DNA of 64,000 nt from a virus (taxonomy: Duplodnaviria; Caudoviricetes): the IMG/VR virus record IMGVR_UViG_3300010157_000062, positions 1,084 through 65,083 of that record; one strand, given 5' to 3'. Under the pieces are notes generated by a model. The model was not told where the DNA came from. It ran no database searches and saw nothing but the letters and a program-made list of their open reading frames with translations. Made by a program: the position numbers and the translations under genes. Positions 56,573 to 63,987 of the stretch are shown piece by piece. Each line of letters opens with the position of its first letter. The first letter of the stretch is position 1.

Positions 56573-56910
56573 CTTGATATACTCAGTTCAGCATCAGGAT
56601 TATCCCAACATGCATTACGATACTTGTATACGAATTTCTCCAGTCCCTCATATGAACCCCATCCATTATCTGGATTGAATGTCATAAAGTGTTTTGGGTC
56701 TGATAGCAGAATATTCCATCCTTCATCCAGAAGTTCGGATATATCTTTCGCAAACTTCAAGGAGTGCTCATCCGGTCTCCACAGCACATCATACAGGGTC
56801 AGGCCATTTGAGAGTTTAACTTCTCCGGCCATTTTACCTAGATTATGTGTAATATTGTCGGAGTAAACGGAAGTGGGTTGCACTATCATCAAATCAACAT
56901 CGAGGCTCAT
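56569..56910 (-). CDS. Hypothetical protein (113 aa)
   Basis: NITHNLGKMA and NPDNGWGSYEGL motifs. Confidence 0.7.
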   Translation of the reverse strand: MSLDVDLMIVQPTSVYSDNITHNLGKMAGEVKLSNGLTLYDVLWRPDEHSLKFAKDISELLDEGWNILLSDPKHFMTFNPDNGWGSYEGLEKFVYKYRNACWDNPDAELSISR

Positions 56911-57341
56911 TTATTTTCTCTTTTCATATAGAAATCACGAATCGCTCTAGCATCAAAAAGTGCATTATGTGGCACCAATGATTCGTATTCAATACCAAAG
57001 TCGAGTTCAAATTTAATATTGAACATTAGACTCAACATCATACCTGGACCTGTAATGAGTGAATCACAAAAATATCGAATGTCATCAGGCCAGTCTGCAA
57101 TAATGATTGTTTCTTCTTTATTATTCCACAAATAGTTAGCAAGGCTTTGCTGGAATTCATGGTGTGTGCATGGAGGCTGAAAAAGGTGAGGCACCACATT
57201 ATCACGCACCCATGGTTCTAACTGGTCATTCATCTCCAGTTCTTTATAGAATTCGGGAAACGTATCATTCTCTGGCACCAAAGCCATCGATATAAGTTTA
57301 CCACCAAATCCATTGAATTCAGTATCAAGAAAAAATCTCAT
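56907..57341 (-). CDS. DEDDh 3'-5' exonuclease (Rv2179c-like)
   Basis: FFLDTEF, LISMALV, WVRDNVVP, HNALFDA. Confidence 0.78.
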   Translation of the reverse strand: MRFFLDTEFNGFGGKLISMALVPENDTFPEFYKELEMNDQLEPWVRDNVVPHLFQPPCTHHEFQQSLANYLWNNKEETIIIADWPDDIRYFCDSLITGPGMMLSLMFNIKFELDFGIEYESLVPHNALFDARAIRDFYMKRENK

Positions 57342-57556
57342 TCTTCAATTCCATATTCTTTATGGAGTTCATCCAATGCCTTGCGAATCTTATTAGCCAC
57401 GGGCATATACTTGACAGGATGAATTGGATTATAAGTCCAATCCTGGCCGGCCCATATACGGCTGCCATTCAATAGTTTATCGACCTCTGCTAGAATTTCA
57501 AATCTAGGATCATTCCACATCTTGAATACATGGTCAGGTATGACGGGCATGTTCAT
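57338..57556 (-). CDS. Hypothetical protein
   Basis: ATGA-coupled; ends KEYGIEE. Confidence 0.6.
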   Translation of the reverse strand: MNMPVIPDHVFKMWNDPRFEILAEVDKLLNGSRIWAGQDWTYNPIHPVKYMPVANKIRKALDELHKEYGIEE

Positions 57557-57822
57557 TCTTCAACTCCGAAATGTTTCTTAATCTGTTTAGACAAATTCTC
57601 ACCACACGATTTAGTGGCAAGATCCTGTAAAGTAAATTTGCCAGACTCACGAATAACATCCAAATCAAGATTAGATACATTCTGTTCAATACAAATTTTA
57701 GCACATTCCCTAACAATCAACTCGGCGAACTTAAGTCTATCAAAATTTTCATAACTGGCACCCCAACCATGTTCTTCAATAGTTGTAGCCTTGTTCATCA
57801 ATTCTTTAATTCGTTCGTTCAT
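57553..57822 (-). CDS. MNERIKEL-family small protein
   Basis: MNERIKEL...KFAELIVRECA...IKKHFGVEE. Confidence 0.8.
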   Translation of the reverse strand: MNERIKELMNKATTIEEHGWGASYENFDRLKFAELIVRECAKICIEQNVSNLDLDVIRESGKFTLQDLATKSCGENLSKQIKKHFGVEE

Positions 57823-58028
57823 TCCTCAATTCCAAAATGTGCTAAAATCTGATTATAAACTTCGTAGTTGCCGTCGGCATATCGTTCACCAATGTTAGCA
57901 CATTCCCTAACAATCAACTCGGCGAACTTTTTGTTATAGAGATAAAACCAATCCTCATCATATGGAAATTCTTTCTCTGTCGCCAAGTAGTTTGCATGTT
58001 CAGCAAGTTCTTTAATTCGTTCGTTCAT
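57819..58028 (-). CDS. MNERIKEL-family small protein
   Basis: MNERIKELA...KFAELIVRECA...ILAHFGIEE. Confidence 0.8.
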   Translation of the reverse strand: MNERIKELAEHANYLATEKEFPYDEDWFYLYNKKFAELIVRECANIGERYADGNYEVYNQILAHFGIEE

Positions 58029-58270
58029 CGTTCAACTCCAAATTGTCGTGAAATTTGATATGCCACATTGCCTACTGCATTTGATTCTTCGAGGAAGCCG
58101 GCACTTTCAAACTCGTCTTCTCTGTTTTTAGCAATTTTCAAACATTCTGCCACAATCAACTCGGCGAACTTTTGTAATTCGGTCTCACAGCCAGTCATAT
58201 CCGCTTGTGCTCTACCTTCCCACAAATCCCATCCAGCCTGTAGAGCAAGTTGTTTAATTCGTTCGTTCAC
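58025..58270 (-). CDS. MNERIKEL-family small protein
   Basis: GTG start; NERIKQLA...KFAELIVAEC...ISRQFGVER. Confidence 0.8.
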   Translation of the reverse strand: MNERIKQLALQAGWDLWEGRAQADMTGCETELQKFAELIVAECLKIAKNREDEFESAGFLEESNAVGNVAYQISRQFGVER

Positions 58271-58434
58271 TTTTTAGCTTCCATCTGCACACATGCAATT
58301 TTAGTTGAATAAGGCAAATTTTGTGTTTTCAATTCAATCACAGCCTTGTTACAATCAGATTCTTTTTCAAAATGTCCAACATATGCAATAACTGATGTTG
58401 TCATTGTGGAAATTACTAGAATAGCCCAATACAT
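58267..58434 (-). CDS. Small exported/membrane protein (55 aa)
   Basis: Hand-translated MYWAILVISTMTTSVIAYVGHFEKESDCNKAV...KIACVQMEAKK; fills the gap with coupled ends. Confidence 0.55.
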   Translation of the reverse strand: MYWAILVISTMTTSVIAYVGHFEKESDCNKAVIELKTQNLPYSTKIACVQMEAKK

Positions 58435-58664
58435 TATTCGTATCCTTTTCCAAAAACTTTATATGAGATACCATTATTACCTTCAGTATCTTCACGGTCT
58501 GCAATCATATTCATTTCAAATTCGGATGGGTAGTGACGGAGTAATGACCTTGCATCTTTCCGAACAGAGAGTGGTACACGTGGAGTTTTCTTTGGATCAA
58601 GTAGGTCATATAGGAACTTTTGAGTCCTAGTCACCGCATTTGTTCGTTCTATAGGGAGTGTCAT
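58434..58664 (-). CDS. Hypothetical protein
   Basis: MTLPIERT.AV...FL..LLDPKKTPRVP..VR..A..LLRHYP. Confidence 0.7.
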   Translation of the reverse strand: MTLPIERTNAVTRTQKFLYDLLDPKKTPRVPLSVRKDARSLLRHYPSEFEMNMIADREDTEGNNGISYKVFGKGYE

Positions 58665-59083
58665 AGTTTTTCAACAATAATTTTATTTCCAAAATCTTCA
58701 CCAAATGACATATTATCATAGTAAACCTTCACTATACCTTTCCGCTTGAGTCCTTCAATAGCAAGGAAACCACAGAATGTATTCATTCGGAGTGTAATTT
58801 CATCGGCATTTTTTGATTGTTCAAGGCCTTCACCGGTAGCCAACATTTCAGCAATCAGTAGAATTTCTTCAAGGCGTGGGTTTTCGTCATTGTCAGCAAT
58901 CGTAAGGAGAGCCGATACATCACCATCAGTGAGTGACTTTAGAAAATCACCTGGTCGCATATAACCAGTCTCCGACAGGTCCATAGCAAGTGTGCGGGTA
59001 AGCGGTAGAAAATCTTTCTGCTTTATTACATTGGCATACTTAATTGTAAAAGTGCCATCTTCAAATTCATCATCTTCAATCAT
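58661..59083 (-). CDS. Hypothetical acidic protein (140 aa)
   Basis: ATGA-coupled; EGLKRKG.V motif. Confidence 0.65.
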   Translation of the reverse strand: MIEDDEFEDGTFTIKYANVIKQKDFLPLTRTLAMDLSETGYMRPGDFLKSLTDGDVSALLTIADNDENPRLEEILLIAEMLATGEGLEQSKNADEITLRMNTFCGFLAIEGLKRKGIVKVYYDNMSFGEDFGNKIIVEKL

Positions 59084-59310
59084 TCTTTAACTCCGAAATA
59101 TTGTTTAATCTTATCGTGAATTAACCAAGAATATTCACATTCTTCTGTGTCAGGCGTATGCCGCCATGCAATATCCATACATTCCCGAATAATCAAGTCA
59201 GCAAATCCGTCAGCAAACTTTTCCAAGTCTTGCATATCCATTCTTGACCATGTGCCAGAGAATTTCTCATCTAGGGTTAGACCCATCAATTTTTTAAGTC
59301 GTTCGTTCAT
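59080..59310 (-). CDS. MNERIKEL-family small protein
   Basis: MNERLKKL...FADLIIREC...IKQYFGVKE. Confidence 0.78.
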   Translation of the reverse strand: MNERLKKLMGLTLDEKFSGTWSRMDMQDLEKFADGFADLIIRECMDIAWRHTPDTEECEYSWLIHDKIKQYFGVKE

Positions 59311-59537
59311 ACAATTTTACCCAGAATTCCGTAAATCAATTGGTCCAGTTCGGATTGATAATCCTTACCAATCCTACGTTTTTCATAGAGAGTTTGGAGA
59401 ACCATACGCATTTCATCACCATCGACAAACTGTGTATTGTAATCTTTTCCACGGCGTTTCAATTCATCGATAAGTTCATCATCAGAGAGTTCATCAAGAA
59501 CATCATCAACTTCAATATAGGTGTTTACGTACGGCAT
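59307..59537 (-). CDS. Hypothetical acidic protein
   Basis: DELSDDELIDELKRRG; AAGGAG RBS. Confidence 0.7.
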   Translation of the reverse strand: MPYVNTYIEVDDVLDELSDDELIDELKRRGKDYNTQFVDGDEMRMVLQTLYEKRRIGKDYQSELDQLIYGILGKIV

Positions 59538-59947
59538 TATGCATTCTCCTTTTCAGTACAAAATTCAGTAAAAGCGGACCATGGACCAGTGAACAGGTGT
59601 TCTTTATCGTAGCCATAAACGGTGATACGGTCAGAGTAAACATGGTATTCATAATCTTGACCTCAATCTTTGGAGGTCACAGGGTAGATGTAAAAGCCAC
59701 CGACAGACTGTTTAAAATGTGCAATGAGTTGGGCAGCCAAGCATCCCATTCCGTTTGCCAGTTTCCGTGTATCACCAAAGGGAATGCCATTGGTAATGGC
59801 TTCAAACGAATTTAAGAATTCGGAGAGTTCAAGCCCATGACCAGAGGGGTAGCCATCAAACTGACGGTACATATTGACGATTGGTTCAGGACCAGTCTCA
59901 GAGCCATAGTGGTCGGTGTAAACAAAAGTGAGTGAACGAGTGCCCAT
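59537..59947 (-). CDS. Hypothetical protein with in-frame TGA at codon 95 (recoded or pseudogene)
   Basis: MGTRSLT...MYRQFDGYPSGHG...NGMGCLAAQL...KD*GQDYEYHVY...KENA; the frame stays open 41 codons past the TGA (59663-59665) and ends in a TAATG overlap with the next gene. Confidence 0.7.
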
Positions 59948-59978
59948 AATATTTCCTTTAAAGTTTGTTTGTGTGTGT

Positions 59979-60007
59979 ATTATACCAGATTTCTTGGTGC
60001 TTGGCAA
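59979..60007 (-). promoter_or_regulatory. Early promoter TTGCCA-N17-TATAAT
   Basis: -10 at 59979-59984, -35 at 60002-60007. Confidence 0.8.
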
Positions 60008-60022
60008 GTGGACTGGAAGTAT

Positions 60023-60184
60023 TCATTTCTCGAATGATTTGATCCATGCCAGCAGGATTTCCTTAGCTTCTTGGTATGTAACACCGAATTCCCGTTGGAT
60101 GTACGGAGCCGCACCCCACATATTGGTTTCACCGGAATCCCGTAGTGCAACGAGATAATCAAAATATTCTTTATAATCTTTCAT
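60023..60184 (-). CDS. Small protein (53 aa, LRDSGETNMWGA motif)
   Basis: Hand-translated MKDYKEYFDYLVALRDSGETNMWGAAPYIQREFGVTYQEAKEILLAWIKSFEK; AAGGA RBS. Confidence 0.7.
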   Translation of the reverse strand: MKDYKEYFDYLVALRDSGETNMWGAAPYIQREFGVTYQEAKEILLAWIKSFEK

Positions 60185-60332
60185 TTGATAATTCCTTAAT
60201 TTTTTCTAATATTTCAGAATAGCCCAAATTATGGAGAGCCATTTCATAAGAGCCATCTTGGCAGCTTTTCCAATGTGCTTGGGATTCTAAAATAGACTTT
60301 GCACGTGCCTGAAGTGTTTCGAGTTCGTTCAT
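60171..60332 (-). CDS. Hypothetical protein
   Basis: MNELETLQ... start; operonic. Confidence 0.5.
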   Translation of the reverse strand: MNELETLQARAKSILESQAHWKSCQDGSYEMALHNLGYSEILEKIKELSNERL

Positions 60333-60346
60333 TTTATATACTTCCA

Positions 60347-60568
60347 TCAATAGGTATAAGCGGAGAAAGTTTTTGCGTCCTTCATCAGACAATATGATGC
60401 ACGATTATTTGGAAATTCATTTTTCCGATGTGCCCTAGGTCCACGATACCGAACCTTGTATTTCCCTGGATATACGGAGCGAAACTCATTTAATAAATGA
60501 ATAGGTATGTTAGTGAATACTGCGGAAGTATTCGACCGAGAATAAAAACGAAAGATATTGAAAAACAT
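60347..60568 (-). CDS. Hypothetical basic protein
   Basis: YKVRYRGPR...CLMKDAKTFSAY; GGAGG RBS. Confidence 0.65.
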   Translation of the reverse strand: MFFNIFRFYSRSNTSAVFTNIPIHLLNEFRSVYPGKYKVRYRGPRAHRKNEFPNNRASYCLMKDAKTFSAYTY

Positions 60569-60753
60569 TATTCTTCCTCCACCGTAGCAAAGAGTTTAGC
60601 ACCTTCGTTCATAAAAACATGGAATGCAACCATAGTCTTTTCAGAATAAACCATTTTCCCATGTTTCTGGATGTCCTGTAGGACTTCAAGAAAACCGAGA
60701 CCAAGAAAGTTCCGTTCTTTTTCGAGAATGGAGATAGCAGTAGTAATTTTCAT
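60568..60753 (-). CDS. Hypothetical protein
   Basis: AAGGA RBS downstream of the promoter at 60783. Confidence 0.6.
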   Translation of the reverse strand: MKITTAISILEKERNFLGLGFLEVLQDIQKHGKMVYSEKTMVAFHVFMNEGAKLFATVEEE

Positions 60754-60782
60754 AGAGAGTTCCTTATCAATCAATAGAGTCT

Positions 60783-60811
60783 ATTATACAGGTTCCAGAG
60801 AAGAATGGCAA
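60783..60811 (-). promoter_or_regulatory. Early promoter TTGCCA-N17-TATAAT
   Basis: -10 at 60783-60788, -35 at 60806-60811. Confidence 0.8.
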
Positions 60812-60852
60812 GTAAGAGAAAAGTAATCCATTTCTCCGGTCAAGTATTCACC

Positions 60853-61059
60853 TTACCGCTTATAGTGAACCGGACGTTCATAACGACCTCCAGAATCACG
60901 ATAAACAGAGACATAATGACCATGCTTTGAACCATCATCAAAAGTGTAAGAGTACGTGGAATCATAAGAAAGTGGAGGGAAATTAAGTGCCCAAGATTCC
61001 AGCAGTCCCTCAGATTCGAGAGCAGAATTGAGAGTAGGGAAGAAGTTTTGTTTCATCAT
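60853..61059 (-). CDS. Hypothetical early protein, probably leaderless
   Basis: ATG 7 nt after TATAAT; VSVYRDSGGRYERPVHY. Confidence 0.65.
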   Translation of the reverse strand: MMKQNFFPTLNSALESEGLLESWALNFPPLSYDSTYSYTFDDGSKHGHYVSVYRDSGGRYERPVHYKR

Positions 61060-61066
61060 GTAGAGT

Positions 61067-61127
61067 ATTATAGCGGTACTGGTAGGAATGGCAATGGAAT
61101 ATTTGCGTTTGTTGTGAAAAAACAACA
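61067..61127 (-). promoter_or_regulatory. Early promoter TTGCCA-N16-TATAAT with TGTTG-N8-CAACA
   Basis: -10 at 61067-61072, -35 at 61089-61094, palindrome at 61110-61127. Confidence 0.75.
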
Positions 61128-61135
61128 AAAAAATC

Positions 61136-61167
61136 TGTGGATAAAGCTGTGGATAAGTTGTGGATAT
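61136..61167. repeat. Three tandem DnaA boxes
   Basis: TGTGGATAA at 61136 and 61148, TGTGGATAT at 61159 (reverse complement of TTATCCACA). Confidence 0.75.
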
Positions 61168-61520
61168 CTTTTTGGAATGTGTTTGGGAAACCAGTATGCA
61201 TTATAGCGCATATGTAACGGATGCGACATGCATTATACTGCATATGTCGCTGGCTGTGTCGCGGTGTGTCGTTGGTGTGTAAGTACCAGTGGGACTTAGT
61301 GTCTGGCTGCCAAGCCCTGAAATATTCTCAGCGAGCCTCAGAGTACCACAGTGGTACCACAGCACGACCACAGCACGTTCCAGCGTGTCCGGTGATGGTC
61401 TGGTAGAGTACCATTCAGAGCACCGCAGTGGTATACTGGAATATGCACTGGATTAGACTGGATTAATCCATCAGGCAGCCGCCACGTCCATCCCCAGTGT
61501 GCTGTTCGAACCATGCATCT

Positions 61521-61583
61521 ATTATAACTCAAAAAAAGCCACCTGGCAACCACCTGGTGACTCACTGTTGTTTCTTTACAACA
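61521..61583 (-). promoter_or_regulatory. Early promoter TTGCCA-N17-TATAAT with TGTTG-N8-CAACA
   Basis: -10 at 61521-61526, -35 at 61544-61549, palindrome at 61566-61583. Confidence 0.75.
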
Positions 61584-61797
61584 TCAATTCATTTTCATTC
61601 GGAATAGGTTCTCCTGTTATCCAATAGTCCTGTTCTTCCTCAGTGCATAGTTGACCCTCCACCTGGAACACCAGGTCGGTGGCTGTCTTTTCATCACAAC
61701 CAGTGGTGTGTCTCACGAATGCAATAATGTCCTCGAATGCATCGCCATTGGTAATGCAGGATTCAACATCGATTATCAGGTTTTTAAATTTACTCAT
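61576..61797 (-). CDS. Hypothetical acidic protein
   Basis: Overlaps the upstream ORF. Confidence 0.6.
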   Translation of the reverse strand: MSKFKNLIIDVESCITNGDAFEDIIAFVRHTTGCDEKTATDLVFQVEGQLCTEEEQDYWITGEPIPNENELML

Positions 61798-61972
61798 TGT
61801 CTTCCCTTAGGTCATAATAAACGTCAGCAAGGATGTCCAGCGCCTGTTGGATGGCTGCCAGCAGGTTTTCATTGTGTGGATTGTTTTGTTTTTCCAGCCG
61901 GTGTTGCACCTCGAGGATGCAATCCTCAGAGTGGGAAATGGTCGATGCCATCTCATTGGATTTTGTTCTCAT
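61790..61972 (-). CDS. Hypothetical protein
   Basis: AAGGTG RBS; operonic. Confidence 0.55.
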   Translation of the reverse strand: MRTKSNEMASTISHSEDCILEVQHRLEKQNNPHNENLLAAIQQALDILADVYYDLREDNE

Positions 61973-62091
61973 TATTTCACCTTTATTTTGTATATGTGAG
62001 TGCGTTTAACTGGAATGACCGGCAGAACGTGGGTGCGGTCCTTTAACCAATTAATCATATAAGTCCAACGAATGTCCATAATTTTCTCCTA

Positions 62092-62976
62092 TTAACCGCA
62101 GATGGTATATTCTGCAAGGTCTTTCCACTTTGCACCGGCAGACTTACGAATCTTGGTAGTCTGGATCAGTGTACGGAGAGAAAGTTCTTTCACCTCATCT
62201 TGGAGGTTGTCAATCAGGTCCAGAGCCTCGGACTTTTCTGTCTTTGAATAATCAGGCATAAACTCTGGGAGGGACACCAGGTGGCGCATACGCTCGACCT
62301 TTTGCTCGGTTGTCATTGTCAGGTCAACCGCCATCGAACGGGTGATGATGGCTTGGTCCATCGAATCAGAGGAGATATTGGAGATAAACACCACGCGACC
62401 CTTGAATTCAAAGGATTGTGGTAGTTCCTCATCACGCATATCCGCACGCCATGAGATAACACGGCGAGAGTAGGAATCGAGAGCACCTTTAAGCAGGTTC
62501 AGGGAGACCGGATCTTTTAGCACCGAGTCGCAATCATCGAACACAACCACGCCGTCCTTGTTTTCATACAGTGTACGGTACAGGCCCTTAGGTGTAGAAT
62601 AACCCTTGATAACGCGGTAGGATTTTGAGGTGTTGATTTTACCACCTACCTCGAATTCATCGAGGAGAGTAACATCACGCATGCCGGCATCATTCAGTGC
62701 CTTGGTGACGGTGTGGGACTTGCCGAGGCCACCAGGACCAGACACTACCACCGAGGACTGGTCACCTTTCACCAACATGGAAACCATGTCCGAGACAAAA
62801 CCGAACCGCTGGTTGATGGTGAAACGGGACTCCTTGAGAGCCAACGGTGCCAGCGAGGATGCACCACCGGTGGCTTTACGGATCACATAGTCCATGTGGG
62901 ATTTATTGGCACGCTTCACCACCTTGCCGTTGATGTTGGCAACGTATTTACCATTAATGAATTTCACTTCAATCAT
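62092..62976 (-). CDS. P-loop/AAA-type ATPase
   Basis: SGPGGLGKSH, VVVFDDCDSV, NLLKGALD, VVFISN, AIITRS. Confidence 0.82.
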   Translation of the reverse strand: MIEVKFINGKYVANINGKVVKRANKSHMDYVIRKATGGASSLAPLALKESRFTINQRFGFVSDMVSMLVKGDQSSVVVSGPGGLGKSHTVTKALNDAGMRDVTLLDEFEVGGKINTSKSYRVIKGYSTPKGLYRTLYENKDGVVVFDDCDSVLKDPVSLNLLKGALDSYSRRVISWRADMRDEELPQSFEFKGRVVFISNISSDSMDQAIITRSMAVDLTMTTEQKVERMRHLVSLPEFMPDYSKTEKSEALDLIDNLQDEVKELSLRTLIQTTKIRKSAGAKWKDLAEYTICG

Positions 62977-63047
62977 AATTTTCCTTTCAATTTGCAATAC
63001 CATGTTGAAAAACACCACCGGGAGAGGTGCTCTTGAATATGGTATCG

Positions 63048-63101
63048 ATTATACCAGAACCTGCGGGTTCTGGCAACCAATACTCGACCGGACTGGTCAA
63101 C
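63048..63101 (-). promoter_or_regulatory. Repeated early promoter cassette, copy 1
   Basis: TTGACCAGTCCGGTCGAGTATTGG-TTGCCA-N17-TATAAT; 33 bp identical to copy 2. Confidence 0.85.
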
Positions 63102-63372
63102 CTTTTGTCACAATCACAGGACCAGGTTTCCGTGCGGCTTTGCGAGCCTTCACACCTACTGGATTGTTTTTATCAAGGAGCCGAGCCAGTGTGGCTTGAG
63201 CCTTGCGGATAGCGGTCTGGCGCTTTGCTTCCTTAGCGGTCACCTTAGCCTGTAGAGCCTTTTCCTTTTCGACCTTCACGGCTTCGACCAATTCCTTAAC
63301 GGAGACCTTAGCTAGAGCCAAAGCCGTACGGGCGGCGACCAAGGCCACCTGGGTGTCTGTCTTAACTGTCAT
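63097..63372 (-). CDS. Lys/Ala-rich basic protein
   Basis: Very K/A-rich helical sequence; AAAGG RBS. Confidence 0.7.
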   Translation of the reverse strand: MTVKTDTQVALVAARTALALAKVSVKELVEAVKVEKEKALQAKVTAKEAKRQTAIRKAQATLARLLDKNNPVGVKARKAARKPGPVIVTKG

Positions 63373-63398
63373 AATATACCTTTTCAATTTAAAAAACC

Positions 63399-63452
63399 AT
63401 TATACCAGATTTTGAATGGTCTGGCAACCAATACTCGACCGGACTGGTCAAC
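63399..63452 (-). promoter_or_regulatory. Repeated early promoter cassette, copy 2
   Basis: tctggcaaccaatactcgaccggactggtcaac at 63420-63452. Confidence 0.85.
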
Positions 63453-63717
63453 AATCAGGATCAAAGGACTCCCATTCTTGGGCTTCATCCGGTTGACCAT
63501 CATCCTCGGACTCGGTGAGTCCTTCCACGAAAATGTCATCATCGGTTAAGGAATCAACATAATCATTAAAACCGCAACGGTATGCTACCGGATCAATTTC
63601 GCGCAGGACGTTGGATGCCGAATAGGTCATTCCGCAGAGTTCAACCGGACCCTCACAATCGTCCAGCATTTCATTAAACATTTCCAAGGCTTCGGTTTCG
63701 GTTATCAATCGGGACAT
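63448..63717 (-). CDS. Highly acidic small protein with DGQPDEAQEW..FDPDC tail
   Basis: D/E-rich; LREIDPVAYRCGFNDY. Confidence 0.75.
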   Translation of the reverse strand: MSRLITETEALEMFNEMLDDCEGPVELCGMTYSASNVLREIDPVAYRCGFNDYVDSLTDDDIFVEGLTESEDDGQPDEAQEWESFDPDC

Positions 63718-63749
63718 TTTCTTTCCTTTTCTTTTACAATATGGGTCTA

Positions 63750-63791
63750 ATTATACAGGTTTCGGTAGGTTTGGCAACCAATACTTGACCG
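63750..63791 (-). promoter_or_regulatory. Repeated early promoter cassette, copy 3 (degenerate)
   Basis: CGGTCAAGTATTGG-TTGCCA-N16-TATAAT. Confidence 0.8.
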
Positions 63792-63801
63792 ATTTACTGG
63801 G

Positions 63802-63987
63802 TTAAGCCAATTCCGCAATCATATCATATTCCGATATAATCACGTTATAGGCGGCAATTTCATCCAACGATAAATTGTCCCAATTGTCTTCCATATCGGA
63901 AATGGCGACCAATAAGGATTCGCACTTATTAGCATAGCCGAATTGGGAGACAATTTCCATGGCTTGGGGGAAGGTCATAAATTTCAT
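63802..63987 (-). CDS. Hypothetical acidic protein
   Basis: AAAGGA RBS at the window edge. Confidence 0.6.
   Translation of the reverse strand: MKFMTFPQAMEIVSQFGYANKCESLLVAISDMEDNWDNLSLDEIAAYNVIISEYDMIAELA

Noticed and set aside
56090-56866. 258-aa plus-strand ORF
   Set aside because: Lies antisense to two well-formed, coupled minus-strand genes; no recognisable motif.
59980-60162. 60-aa ORF from the track (MIISLHYG...)
   Set aside because: It runs over a promoter; the overlapping frame 60023-60184 has an RBS and a more protein-like sequence.
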